Positions 53,394-63,390 of a stretch of DNA of 64,000 nucleotides are shown piece by piece. Where the stretch lies: assembly GCA_037189525.1 (NCBI GenBank), contig JBBCJC010000005.1, positions 1,024,001 to 1,088,000 on the forward strand. The letters run 5' to 3'. The position numbers and the translations under genes were made by a program. The notes beneath the pieces were generated by a model that saw nothing but the letters and a program-made list of their open reading frames with translations, had not been told where the DNA came from and ran no database searches. This DNA is from Gemmatimonadales bacterium. GTDB lineage: Bacteria > Gemmatimonadota > Gemmatimonadetes > Gemmatimonadales > GWC2-71-9. Positions within the stretch are counted from its first letter, which is position 1, and each line of letters opens with the position of its first letter.

Positions 53394-55418
53394 CTATAGA
53401 ATCGGCCACCAGGCTCGGGCGACATCCACCGACAGGGAAAGCCCTCCCTGACCCCGAAGCCCCTGTCCGACTTCGACACGGAGGAGACGATCGAACGCCT
53501 CGACGGCGACCCCGAGCGTCGGGCGAACTCCCGCCGAAGCGCGCCAGGGCATTCCCGCCAGCTCCCCACCGGCAACCCCGGCCCCGACGACGGGTCCGAC
53601 CCAAAGGCGGGAGCCGGTCCGTCCGAACGCACCCAGCCGCACCGACGGTCCCGGCAGCGGGTAGAGCCACTCGGCGGCGCCCCAACTCGCCCGCCGCCCC
53701 CCGAATGCCCGAAACGGTTCACCCGGCAGCGAGCCGGACCCGCCGAACACGAAGGCCCGATGATTCGGCAGCTCCGCAGTCCCGACGCCGGCCACGATCC
53801 GGCCCCCGAGTTCACCGCCGGCCAAAGGTCGCGCCACCGCGGCCATGCCGACCACTCGGCCGTAGGTCACGCCCCCCGCCCCCGCCTCGGCGCGTAGCGT
53901 GACGCGCCCGCGGCGTCCCGACGGGCGATCGGACGAATACTCGAGTTCCATCCGCCCGACCCAATCCGCCCCGCCTCCGAGCGCCGGATTGGGACGATAG
54001 CTGTTCCGCGCCGGTTCCGCCCCTGTCGCCACCGACCGGGCTCGTTCGCGCGCCACCTCGAACCCCGCCATCGTTGCGCCGCCGAGGGCCACCCGGGCGC
54101 CCAGCCCGACCCGATCGAGCAGCACGTAGTCGCCCAAGTCGCGGCCGCCCTCTTGCGCGGCAATCGAATTGATCACGCCGCTCGTGGCCGGAACGTCACC
54201 GATATCCGCTACCGTATGCTGCGCAAAGGCCGACCAGCGAACGCCGCCCGCCTCTCGGGCCGCGTCGACCCGCCAGGTCAGGCGCCGGTCGGCCATCCCA
54301 TACCCCGCGGCCACACCGAGCCGGTCGATCGGACCCACTCGGGCGCTGACGCCGGCCCCCAGGCGCAGACCTTCGACCCGGTTGACCCGGATCACGTCAC
54401 TCACCCGGGACGCCGCCAGCCGGCCGCGCGGCAAGCCGATCAGGCCGCGCGCGCGAACCAACCGCGCCGCCTGCGCGCGCAAGCCCTCCAACCCCGACTC
54501 AGACCGGCGCACCAGGGCGGAATCGAGCGCAGCAAGCAGGGTTCCCGGCAGCGCCTGCCCGCCCGGCCGAGCCAGACCGCCCACCGAGCCCGGAGCGCCC
54601 TCGACCGGGATCGCGGCCTGGTTGAGCTGGTGCGCATCGATGTCCCACTGCCCGCGAATGATGCCGCGGAACGGGAAGTCCATCACCGCCGATCCACGCC
54701 GGATTTCGATGTCCTGGCGGAGCGGCAGCCAATAGCGGCCGTCGACCAAGGTCCGCTCGAATCGGACGGTGATGTCCTCGATGGCACGGTCCCGATAGGC
54801 CGCCGGTGTAAACGAGAGCTCGGTCCGCACCGCCGCTCCGCGAGCGCGGTCGATGTAGAACGTTCCCACCACCCCGGGCGCCGATGGCACCTTGGGCCGA
54901 ACCTCCAGCGCCATCACCGTAATCTGCTCGGCAGGCAGCGTGATGCGGATCGAATCCCGGAGACGATACTCGTACAGATCGAATCCGGCCGGCGAGAGGG
55001 GATGGATGACGCCCGCCACTTCGTCGCCGTGCCCGATCCAGATCGCGGCGCCAAACTCGTCCGGAATGATGGCCAGATGATCGCGATGGTAGTCGAGGGG
55101 CGTCGGCGCCAGTGTGGTATCGCGCCAGGAGCGAATCAGTTGCTTGCTCCGGTCCGGCCTCTCCCAATACACTTCGACCGCGAGTTCGTCCGCTCTGATG
55201 AGACGCGACGCCAGCCCTTCCGGGCCCAACGCCGCCAGAAAGGTCACCACGCCGTGCGCCCGCGCCGAGTACGCCAGGAGGGAGGAGTCCGCCACCAGCG
55301 CCATCCGACTGCCGATGGCATGCTCGGCCAGGCGCAAAGCGGCCGGGTCATTCCACTCCTGGGCTCCGAGCGGCGCCACCGCGCCGAGCAGCCCGATCAG
55401 CATCCACGCCCTGGCCAT
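53394..55418 (-). CDS. Hypothetical exported/outer-membrane protein
   Basis: Signal peptide; RVNRVEG motif and C-terminal amphipathic beta-strands. Confidence 0.7.
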   Translation of the reverse strand: MARAWMLIGLLGAVAPLGAQEWNDPAALRLAEHAIGSRMALVADSSLLAYSARAHGVVTFLAALGPEGLASRLIRADELAVEVYWERPDRSKQLIRSWRDTTLAPTPLDYHRDHLAIIPDEFGAAIWIGHGDEVAGVIHPLSPAGFDLYEYRLRDSIRITLPAEQITVMALEVRPKVPSAPGVVGTFYIDRARGAAVRTELSFTPAAYRDRAIEDITVRFERTLVDGRYWLPLRQDIEIRRGSAVMDFPFRGIIRGQWDIDAHQLNQAAIPVEGAPGSVGGLARPGGQALPGTLLAALDSALVRRSESGLEGLRAQAARLVRARGLIGLPRGRLAASRVSDVIRVNRVEGLRLGAGVSARVGPIDRLGVAAGYGMADRRLTWRVDAAREAGGVRWSAFAQHTVADIGDVPATSGVINSIAAQEGGRDLGDYVLLDRVGLGARVALGGATMAGFEVARERARSVATGAEPARNSYRPNPALGGGADWVGRMELEYSSDRPSGRRGRVTLRAEAGAGGVTYGRVVGMAAVARPLAGGELGGRIVAGVGTAELPNHRAFVFGGSGSLPGEPFRAFGGRRASWGAAEWLYPLPGPSVRLGAFGRTGSRLWVGPVVGAGVAGGELAGMPWRASAGVRPTLGVAVEAFDRLLRVEVGQGLRGQGGLSLSVDVARAWWPIL

Positions 55419-56063
55419 CACCGGCGCAATATACCGATCCTGCTCGCGCTGCTGGCAGCGGTCGGCGGCTGCGGCATCCCCGACCCGGCCCCGCCAATCC
55501 CGAATCGCGGCCCGGCCGTGATTCCGCCGCCGCAGCCCGGCCGGCTCGAGAGCACGTTCATTCTCGAATCCACCGGCACGCCGCCGGACGACACGACCCT
55601 GGTGATTCCCGGAGGCCAGCGGCGCATCATCAGCTTGCGGCGCGGGCCGCCCGACAACAGTCTCTTTGCCGTGGTCATCATCGCCGACTCCACGCTCACA
55701 TCGCTGGCCGATACGACGACACCGCCTGCCAAGCCGGACACCACACGTGCTACGCCAGCTGCGGACTCGATCCGGATCAGCGTCAATGTCCTGCCCGGCC
55801 GCTATGGTATCGATCTCGACATCCAGGGCGGGCGGCTGACGTCACTGGTGACGGTGGCGATGAGTTACGCCCTCGACTTCGTCGCCCCGGCCGGCGCGCG
55901 CGAACGATACGGCGGCGATCTGGGTTACGAGGCGGCACTCTTCCTGGCCCGGCTCGAACCCGACGGACGAGTCGTCTATCTGCCGACCTCTCGCCCAGGG
56001 TCCGATCTCCTGGCGGCGCGCGTTCCCGGTCCGGGGCGCTACGTCGTCGCCGCGCCGCAATGA
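55320..56063 (+). CDS. Hypothetical lipoprotein (start uncertain)
   Basis: RRNIPILLALLAAVGGC lipobox; stop overlaps the cyclase start; nearest in-frame ATG lies inside the divergent gene. Confidence 0.6.
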   Translation: MLGQAQSGRVIPLLGSERRHRAEQPDQHPRPGHHRRNIPILLALLAAVGGCGIPDPAPPIPNRGPAVIPPPQPGRLESTFILESTGTPPDDTTLVIPGGQRRIISLRRGPPDNSLFAVVIIADSTLTSLADTTTPPAKPDTTRATPAADSIRISVNVLPGRYGIDLDIQGGRLTSLVTVAMSYALDFVAPAGARERYGGDLGYEAALFLARLEPDGRVVYLPTSRPGSDLLAARVPGPGRYVVAAPQ

Positions 56064-57583
56064 CGACGGCCGCGCACACCCTGATCGGCGTCGGGCACAG
56101 CGAGCGGATCGTCGTTTCGCAGGGACAGCCGCTCATCCTTGGCCGGTCGCCCGATTGCGACGCCGTCCTGCCGGACCCGACCGTGTCCCGCCGCCATGCG
56201 GAGCTGACGGCAACGCCGCACAGCCTGGTCGTTCGCGATCTGGGCAGTTCCAATGGGACGACGATCAACGGTGTGCGGGTCTCGACCGGCGAACTCTTCC
56301 CGGGTGATTCCGTCCTGTTCGGCAAGGTGGCCTTCCGCTTCGACCAGCCCGCCAATCCGCACGATGCGCACGCCGATCAGGCGCCCGAAGGCACCGTGGT
56401 GCGATCACTCCCCGGCGCGGCGAATCTCGATGCCAGCCTGCCGGCGCAACGCCTGGCCCGCATCCTGGACGTCGCGACGCGGCTCTCGGGTGAGTTCGAA
56501 ACGGATAAGCTGATCGAAGCGATCGTCGATCTGTCGTTCGACCTGCTGCCGGTCGATCGCGTCTCGCTGCTCCTGCTCGACGCCGCCTCCGGAGAACTCG
56601 TCCCGGCCCGGCAGAAGAGCCGCCTGGGCGACGAAGCAGCCATGCGTGTCCCCCGTTCGATCGCGCAGCGCGCCGTCACCGACCGGGTCCCGATCCTGAC
56701 CGAAAATGCCGAAGCCGACGAGCGATTCCGCAGCGGCTCGGTCATCCTGCAGCGGGTCCGCGCGGCGATCTCGACCCCACTCCTCGCCTCGCGCGACCGT
56801 GTGTTAGGCGTGCTCTACGTCGACACACTCACGGCCACCCGCCCGTTCGAGGACGAAGAGGCCGCCATGCTCTTTGCCTTTGGCGGGCTCGCGGCCGTGA
56901 GCCTGGGCAAGCTGGCGTACGCCGAAGAGAACCGGCGCGAAGCGCAGATCCGCGCCAACTTCGAGCGGTTCTTCGCGCCCGAAGTGGCCGCGCGCATCGC
57001 ACGGGAGCCCACCGCCATCCAGTTGGCCGGCGATCGCCGCCCGGCGACCGTGCTCTTCAGCGACATCCGCGGCTTTACCGCCATTGCCGAAACCATGGCG
57101 CCGGATGCACTGAGCCGGCTCCTGACCGACTACTTCACCGAAATGGTCGATGTGGTGTTCGAGTGGGGTGGCACGCTCGACAAATTCATCGGCGATGCCA
57201 TCCTGGCCGTCTGGGGTGTTCCGCTCGGCGGCCCCGACGATGCCGCGCAGGCCATCGGCGCCGCGCGCGCCATGCAGGCCCGGCTCGACGCGTTCAATCG
57301 CCGCTCGATGCAGATCGGTCGCCCCGCGCTCGCCATCGGCATCGGTATCAATCACGGTGAGGTCTTTGCCGGATACTTGGGCAGCGAGCGCCGCCTGGAA
57401 TACAGCGTCATCGGCGATACGGTCAACGTGGCGTCCCGCCTGGCCGATGCCGCGGCCGCGGGAGAAATTCGGGTGGCCGAGGCGGTGATTCGCCAGCTCC
57501 GTACCCCGCCGCCGCTCGAGCAGGTCACCAGCCTCGAGCTGCGCGGCAAGCGAAATCCCGTGCCGGTCTACCGCCTCAGCTGA
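56060..57583 (+). CDS. FHA-GAF class III adenylate cyclase
   Basis: FHA GR/SRRH/SSNGT; FSDIRGFT, DKFIGD, YSVIGDTVNVASRL. Confidence 0.92.
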   Translation: MTTAAHTLIGVGHSERIVVSQGQPLILGRSPDCDAVLPDPTVSRRHAELTATPHSLVVRDLGSSNGTTINGVRVSTGELFPGDSVLFGKVAFRFDQPANPHDAHADQAPEGTVVRSLPGAANLDASLPAQRLARILDVATRLSGEFETDKLIEAIVDLSFDLLPVDRVSLLLLDAASGELVPARQKSRLGDEAAMRVPRSIAQRAVTDRVPILTENAEADERFRSGSVILQRVRAAISTPLLASRDRVLGVLYVDTLTATRPFEDEEAAMLFAFGGLAAVSLGKLAYAEENRREAQIRANFERFFAPEVAARIAREPTAIQLAGDRRPATVLFSDIRGFTAIAETMAPDALSRLLTDYFTEMVDVVFEWGGTLDKFIGDAILAVWGVPLGGPDDAAQAIGAARAMQARLDAFNRRSMQIGRPALAIGIGINHGEVFAGYLGSERRLEYSVIGDTVNVASRLADAAAAGEIRVAEAVIRQLRTPPPLEQVTSLELRGKRNPVPVYRLS

Positions 57584-58157
57584 CGGGCGCCGTAAACCGG
57601 TAGGGGCGCCCGGCCTGGGCCAGCAGGTCGATCACCAGACGGACCGGCAACCCCATCACGCCGAAAAAGTCGCCTTCGATCCGCTCGACCAGCGCGGCTC
57701 CGTACCCCTGGATACCGTAACTGCCCGCCTTGTCCATCGGCTCCCCGGTGGCGACATACGACCGGAGCCAATCGGTCGTCGCCGGGCGAAAGAAGACCGC
57801 GGTCACATCCTGCGCCTGCAACTCGACCCCATCGGCAATCAGGCAGATCGAGGTGATGACGTCGTGCCGGCGGCCCTGGAGCCGTTCCAGCATCCGGACT
57901 GCGTCGTCGGCATCGGCCGGCTTTTCGAGGATGGCATCGTCGATCACGACGATGGTATCCGCACCAAGCACGAACTGTCCGGGCACGGCCCGCGCCTTGT
58001 CGCGCGCCAGACGAGCGGAGTACGCGCCAGGACGCTCTCTGGGCAGAGGAATTTCCTGGACATCCGCCGCGGATACGATGACCGGAATGCCCAGCATCTC
58101 GAGCAGCTGCCTGCGACGCGGCGATTTGGACGCGAGAACGATCGGCCGGTCAGGCAT
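57576..58157 (-). CDS. maf: Maf nucleotide pyrophosphatase
   Basis: LASKSPRR, GADT, DKAGSYGIQ, VMGLP. Confidence 0.95.
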   Translation of the reverse strand: MPDRPIVLASKSPRRRQLLEMLGIPVIVSAADVQEIPLPRERPGAYSARLARDKARAVPGQFVLGADTIVVIDDAILEKPADADDAVRMLERLQGRRHDVITSICLIADGVELQAQDVTAVFFRPATTDWLRSYVATGEPMDKAGSYGIQGYGAALVERIEGDFFGVMGLPVRLVIDLLAQAGRPYRFTAPVS

Positions 58158-58596
58158 GTTCACGCTCGAGCATCAGGGTCACCGGGCCGTCGTTATGAAT
58201 TTCGACCAGCATGTCGGCGCCGAACTGCCCGGTGCCGACGTGAAAGCCCCGCGCCGCGAGCTGCGCGCAGAACGATTCGTAGAGCGGAATGGCCTGCTCC
58301 GGACGGGCCGCCTCGATGAAGGACGGCCGGCGGCCTTTGGCCGCGTCGCCATACAGCGTGAATTGCGAGACGACGAGAAAGCCGCCGCCGACGTCGCTCA
58401 GCCCCAGATTCATCTTCCCTTCGGCATCGGCAAAGAGCCGGAGGCCGATCACCTTGTCGACCATCCAGCTCACTTCGTCGGGTGTATCGGAATGGGTGAA
58501 TCCGACCAGGAGACAGAACCCGCGGTCGACCTGCCCCACGACCTCGCCGCCGATCGACACCGACGCCCGCGCCACCCGCTGCAACAGCACTCGCAT
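58150..58596 (-). CDS. dtd: D-aminoacyl-tRNA deacylase
   Basis: LQRV, VSQFTL, GRRPSF, NDGPVT. Confidence 0.97.
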   Translation of the reverse strand: MRVLLQRVARASVSIGGEVVGQVDRGFCLLVGFTHSDTPDEVSWMVDKVIGLRLFADAEGKMNLGLSDVGGGFLVVSQFTLYGDAAKGRRPSFIEAARPEQAIPLYESFCAQLAARGFHVGTGQFGADMLVEIHNDGPVTLMLEREHA

Positions 58597-58718
58597 TCCG
58601 TTTTCCTTGCGCCAACGATCAGACCCGGAGACTCACGACGTCACGAAAGTCGCTGGCCCGATCGTGGTTGACAAGGGAATGCCGAGAGCGGACGAATGCC
58701 CGCTCCCGCGCCGATTTA

Positions 58719-59261
58719 CTACTTGGTGAGCGTCGCCTGCACCTCGAGCACGACCTTGAGATCGTTACCGACCAAGACCCCGCCCGTTTCCAAGGTCTGA
58801 TTGAAGGTCAGACCGAAGTCTCGACGATCAATCTTGGTAGCCGCGCTGAAGCTGATCCGTTCGCCGCCCCACGGGTCCCGGCCTCGGCCCTCGTAGGTCG
58901 CGGCCAGCGCCACTTCCCGCGTGGTGCCGTGAATGGTCAGATCACCGACCACGGTGAATTCATCTCCGGGCGCGGCGAAGGCGCCTTCGATTCGGCGGCT
59001 GGCGAAGGTAATCACCGGGTACTTCTCGACTTCCAGGAAGTCGGCCGAACGGAGGTGGTCATCACGCTGCTGAGCCCGGGTATCGATCGACGCCGCCTGA
59101 ATCTCGACCTCGACTTTGGATTGGGCGCCGTCCTGCACGATGGTACCGGACACGGCATCAAACCGGCCTTTGACTGTCGTGATCATCAGGTGCTTGGTGG
59201 AAAACTCGACGACGGTATGGCTCGGATCGATCGTCCAGGTCGTAGCGGTGGTGGCGGACAT
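58719..59261 (-). CDS. YceI family protein
   Basis: WTIDPSHT, RDDHLRSADF, GDLTIHG, RRDFG. Confidence 0.93.
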   Translation of the reverse strand: MSATTATTWTIDPSHTVVEFSTKHLMITTVKGRFDAVSGTIVQDGAQSKVEVEIQAASIDTRAQQRDDHLRSADFLEVEKYPVITFASRRIEGAFAAPGDEFTVVGDLTIHGTTREVALAATYEGRGRDPWGGERISFSAATKIDRRDFGLTFNQTLETGGVLVGNDLKVVLEVQATLTK

Positions 59262-59323
59262 GAGATGTGCTCCTTCCAAGGGTAATCGTTGTTGAGATGA
59301 ATTCACTGTGTCGGCGGCGGCCG

Positions 59324-59962
59324 TCACGCCACACGCATCAACTGATCGAGCGGCAATCGGTGATGCGGAAACCCGGACTCCGCCCCACGTCCGATCGCTA
59401 CCAGCGCCACCACCCGGGCATGCGCCGGAAGGTCGAGCAGTTGTTTGACCGCCTCGGCGTCGAACCCGGCCATGGGAGAGGTCTGGTAACCATGCGCCTC
59501 CGCGGTCAGGAGCAGATAGCCAAGAGCGATGAATCCCTGCTCCGCACCCCACGCCTCCCGTTCCGCGTCGGACATCTTCGCAAAGACGCCCTGGATGTGG
59601 GTCTGGGCCTGGGCCTGCCGCTCCGCGGGCATGTCGGGATGGACCACCCGGTCCAGCGTGGCCAGCGTGGCCTGCATGTCGGTGTAGAGCACCAGCACCG
59701 CCGGGGCCGACCGGACCTGCCGCTGGTTGTGCGCAGCTGACGTCAACGCCTCCCGCAGCTCGGCCGACTCGACCGTCACGAAACGCCACGGTTGGAGATT
59801 GAAGGCCGACGGCGCCAAACGCACCACATCCAGAATCGCTTCGAGCTCGTGGGCCGGAATCGGATCGGTGCGATAGGTACGAATCGAACGGCGCGCCCGG
59901 GCCGCAGCATCGACAGTCAGGATGTCGGTCGTCGCAAGATCACTCACTGGGTGTTCCTCCAT
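59324..59962 (-). CDS. Nitroreductase family protein
   Basis: RRSIR, APSAFNLQPWRF, PMAGFD. Confidence 0.93.
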   Translation of the reverse strand: MEEHPVSDLATTDILTVDAAARARRSIRTYRTDPIPAHELEAILDVVRLAPSAFNLQPWRFVTVESAELREALTSAAHNQRQVRSAPAVLVLYTDMQATLATLDRVVHPDMPAERQAQAQTHIQGVFAKMSDAEREAWGAEQGFIALGYLLLTAEAHGYQTSPMAGFDAEAVKQLLDLPAHARVVALVAIGRGAESGFPHHRLPLDQLMRVA

Positions 59963-59998
59963 CTGGTGTTACAACATCTATTCTCAGAAAAAAAGCCC

Positions 59999-60466
59999 TC
60001 ACGGCCTCGCGCGCACCTCGGCCAGAAGGTCGATCAACGCCCGCAGTCGCTCCGCGCCCAGGTGGCCCAGCAGGCGCTGGTTCCCGGCAGCCACGACCGG
60101 ATCGAGCTCCGCCAGGAGCGTCGCACCGGCCTCGGTGAGGCGGGCGGTGACGTAGCGCCGATCGGGCGTATCCCGATCTCGAGTGACCAGGCCCAGGAAT
60201 ACCAGACGATCCAGCAGGCGCGTGGCATCGGGCACGGGCGCCACCATCCTGTCCCGCACTTCGTTCCGGCAGAGGCCCTGAGGCCCCGCTCCCCGGAGGA
60301 TCCGCAGCACGTTGTACTGCGTGGCCGTGATCCCGTACGGCCGAAGCATCTCCGCCGTCGCATGGTCGAGACACGCCGCCGTCCGAGCAAGACTCACCGC
60401 CGCCTCAGCCTCGGGCGAGGGGAACGGCTTGCTCTGGCGAAGCTCTTCCTGCAACGTTATGGACAT
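59999..60466 (-). CDS. MarR family regulator
   Basis: GITATQYNVLRILRG, PDATRLLDRL, DRR...LT..G. Confidence 0.92.
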   Translation of the reverse strand: MSITLQEELRQSKPFPSPEAEAAVSLARTAACLDHATAEMLRPYGITATQYNVLRILRGAGPQGLCRNEVRDRMVAPVPDATRLLDRLVFLGLVTRDRDTPDRRYVTARLTEAGATLLAELDPVVAAGNQRLLGHLGAERLRALIDLLAEVRARP

Positions 60467-60502
60467 AATTGTAATATTAAGTGTTACAACACTTATTGTC
60501 AA
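60467..60502 (-). promoter_or_regulatory. marR sigma70 promoter with palindromic operator, probably leaderless
   Basis: TTGACA-17-TAATAT, ATG 7 nt downstream; TAAGTGTT-AC-AACACTTA palindrome (60478-60495). Confidence 0.8.
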
Positions 60503-60526
60503 GAGTGCCGGGATAGACTCGCCCGT

Positions 60527-61471
60527 TTACGACCGAGGACGCGCCACCAGGGCGAGCGGCACCCGGCGAAGTCCCGACCACACCAGCGCATCGCCCGACG
60601 AACGCACCATCATCTGCCCCGAAATCCCGCCGTCGAGCGCCACGGCGTTCTGCGCGCCGAGCGCACCCATCACCGCTGCCATCTCGGGAGTCGTCAGGCC
60701 CAGCGGCACGAAACCCAGCTGATCGCCGAGCCCGTCGAACCGGGTCATTGCGACGAGGATCCGGCCATCCGGTTCGATCCCGATTGCCACCCGCGCATCG
60801 CGATGCGCCAGGTCCACCCCCCGCCCCGGCTGGCGCAGCGGCTCCGGCACCTGGCCGTTCCGGAGCAGGGTCGGATACGACTGGAAGGCAAAGCGCACCT
60901 TGCCGCCGCGCCGATGCGCAGGCAGCGAGTCGCCGACAATCCATCCGACCTCTCCCTCCCGATCGATGGTGATGGCCGTCGACAACGGACCCACGCCGGG
61001 CGAGAGCCGCTCGACACCGTCCAGCACCAGCCAGCCCCACGGGCTGGTCCGCACGAACTGCCCCGCATTGACCGCGAACAGGACATCGCGATCGACCCGT
61101 TCGACTTGCCAGCTGGGCATCCCGTCGGCGCCATGTCCCGTTTCGAGACTCAGCCTGACCTTCGCGGGGTCCAGACGAACGACAATCAGACGGGTTCGCC
61201 ACGCTTCCCGGCGACCGGCCAGCTTGAGCTGCGCCATCTCGACGCCCGCCGCCGTTGCGGACCAGACGAGCCCCGACGCCAGCACTCGCTGTTCCCGGGA
61301 CCACGCCTCGGGAGCGCGATCCGACCGCCACCAGGTCTGCCAGCGACCGTTCTGCCACCGAGCGAGAGAAGACGCCGGGAGCGCGGACCCATCGCCGCCT
61401 GGAAAGGCGGGGCCGCCCGACGCAACCGTCAGGGTCACGCCGAGCAGCGGCAAGAGGCGGGCAACCTGCAT
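60527..61471 (-). CDS. Phosphodiester glycosidase (NAGPA-like) exported protein
   Basis: Signal peptide; NAGQF, ARVAIG, AVALDGGISGQ. Confidence 0.8.
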   Translation of the reverse strand: MQVARLLPLLGVTLTVASGGPAFPGGDGSALPASSLARWQNGRWQTWWRSDRAPEAWSREQRVLASGLVWSATAAGVEMAQLKLAGRREAWRTRLIVVRLDPAKVRLSLETGHGADGMPSWQVERVDRDVLFAVNAGQFVRTSPWGWLVLDGVERLSPGVGPLSTAITIDREGEVGWIVGDSLPAHRRGGKVRFAFQSYPTLLRNGQVPEPLRQPGRGVDLAHRDARVAIGIEPDGRILVAMTRFDGLGDQLGFVPLGLTTPEMAAVMGALGAQNAVALDGGISGQMMVRSSGDALVWSGLRRVPLALVARPRS

Positions 61472-61475
61472 GGGA

Positions 61476-62384
61476 TCAGAAGTAACGCTGTAAATCGGTG
61501 CGGCGACCGGCCAGATTGGTCCGTTCCGCCGGGCTGAATCCGCCCGCGGGGCGGTCCGTGGGCGCCGAGAGGAACAGGAGGATCCGTTCCCGCGCCATGC
61601 CCAGCTGGCGCTGTTCGAGTCCGCTGGCCCTGACTTCTTCACTGGAGGCACGCTCCTCCATGCTGCGAATGGTCTGAGCCGCCCGACGCTCACGCGCCTC
61701 CAGCGAATCGATCGTCGCGAGCACCGCGGGCGCGGCCGGCATCCGGCCGCAGCGGGCATCGATCGCCGCCGAGTCGGCGGGAGTGGCGACGACCCGGGCT
61801 GCTTCCTGAAGCCGCTGATGGACTCGGCGCATCGCGACGGTATCACCCGCCTGCGTGGCTGCCGCGAGTTCCTGCGACAGCGCCATCACGACCTGCTGGA
61901 GCGCCCGATCATTGGCCACGCGCTCGGTATACCGATCCCGCTGCGCCTGCTCGATGGCGCCGAAGGCATCGTCACGGCATTCCCGAATCCGCGACGAGTT
62001 CTGCCGGTAACGCTCGATGGCGGCACTATTCGCGTCGTACAGGCGCACCCGCTCGTCGATGGTCCGATCCCGCTCCGCACTGAGCGAGGCCAGACTCGGC
62101 GCCCCTGCCTCACCGTCGAGCACGCGGCGCCCCGCCTCCAGACCGGCCACGACCTGGGCCAGGCGCGTGTCGGTCAACTCCAGAATGACCTCGTCGAACG
62201 GCACCGGCGCTTCGCTCGGCGTGCCGGCGACCGTCTGCTCCACCTGCTTCTTCGCTTTCTTGAGCAGCCCGCCGATCTGCGCTTCTGCAGTCGACGCCGC
62301 AATCGTAGCCACCGCGGCCGCCAGTGCTGCCGCACGGCAGGTCAGCAGCACGGTCGGATCCAGCCGGGTGTCAGTGCGCGCCAT
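61476..62384 (-). CDS. Hypothetical exported helical protein
   Basis: GGAGG RBS; signal peptide AEA-QIGGLLKKAKK. Confidence 0.65.
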   Translation of the reverse strand: MARTDTRLDPTVLLTCRAAALAAAVATIAASTAEAQIGGLLKKAKKQVEQTVAGTPSEAPVPFDEVILELTDTRLAQVVAGLEAGRRVLDGEAGAPSLASLSAERDRTIDERVRLYDANSAAIERYRQNSSRIRECRDDAFGAIEQAQRDRYTERVANDRALQQVVMALSQELAAATQAGDTVAMRRVHQRLQEAARVVATPADSAAIDARCGRMPAAPAVLATIDSLEARERRAAQTIRSMEERASSEEVRASGLEQRQLGMARERILLFLSAPTDRPAGGFSPAERTNLAGRRTDLQRYF

Positions 62385-63252
62385 GGTGCCCTCCCTTGGC
62401 CTTAGCCTGAGCCTGCGGAGCGCCGACGCTGAACTGCCTGACCATACCGTGATGGATGTGTTCGCGGCCATCCTTGGCGTCCGGCACGAAACAGTACCAT
62501 GCGTAGGTACCGTCCTCGAGCGAGACAACCATCTTCTGGCTGTCCCCCGGCTCGATCCCGGTGATTCCGCCGAGCGGCATCGCCGGAGGCGGACCCTGAG
62601 GCTTCCGCATCCACTGGAGCAAGTCCGCCGCCGTTTTGCCCGGCGCCAGCTTGGCCAGAAATGCCTCGTGCAACTGGCCCGACCGATTCGAGAACTCGAT
62701 CACGTGCTGCCCGGGCGTCAGCGCATCGGCAAAGACAAAGTCATAGTCCGTCAATGCCGCGCGCGCGGTCACCGGCAGGTCGAGCGGCGGCAGCGGTGCT
62801 CCGGCCACCTCGACGGGCTTGACCATGCCCTTCATGATATGTGGAACACCGTCGGGCGACGGGATATAGCAGACGATTGCGTAGCTGCCGGGCGCCAGAT
62901 CGACCACCGCCACCGACTCGCCCCCGGGCACGGGCGAATTCGGGCCGCCCAGATTCTTGACCCATGGCGGCAGCGGCGTACCCGCGCGGAGCGAAGCAAT
63001 CAGATCGGCCACCGTCTTGCCCTGTTCGAGACGCATCACCCAGACGTGGTGCATCTCCTGGCCGGCGTTGACCAGCCGGATCCGATGCTGACCGGGCCGG
63101 AGCGTAATGGGCATCTCGAAGGCGTAGTCCATCGCCTTGATGACCAGATCCGGCCGATCGGCCGAGGCTTCGGCAACGGGGCGCGTTTCGAAGGAGCGGT
63201 ACAGAGGTACGGCGCCGGCGGCGACCAGTACGAGAAGAGAGACAACGCGCAT
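62371..63252 (-). CDS. Exported tandem cupredoxin-like protein
   Basis: Two repeats DY.F...PG.H...N...H and C-X9/10-H-X4-M. Confidence 0.75.
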   Translation of the reverse strand: MRVVSLLVLVAAGAVPLYRSFETRPVAEASADRPDLVIKAMDYAFEMPITLRPGQHRIRLVNAGQEMHHVWVMRLEQGKTVADLIASLRAGTPLPPWVKNLGGPNSPVPGGESVAVVDLAPGSYAIVCYIPSPDGVPHIMKGMVKPVEVAGAPLPPLDLPVTARAALTDYDFVFADALTPGQHVIEFSNRSGQLHEAFLAKLAPGKTAADLLQWMRKPQGPPPAMPLGGITGIEPGDSQKMVVSLEDGTYAWYCFVPDAKDGREHIHHGMVRQFSVGAPQAQAKAKGGHHGAH

Positions 63253-63390
63253 AAACAACTCCGCAAAGATTTGGGTTTCGCATCACTCGAAACCAAATCT
63301 CTGCGGCGGCAATTACCGGAAGCTTATCGCCGGGATACCGACCCTATTACGGCAGCGGCCCTCTGCTTACGGCCGTTCCGGCAATGTCTC

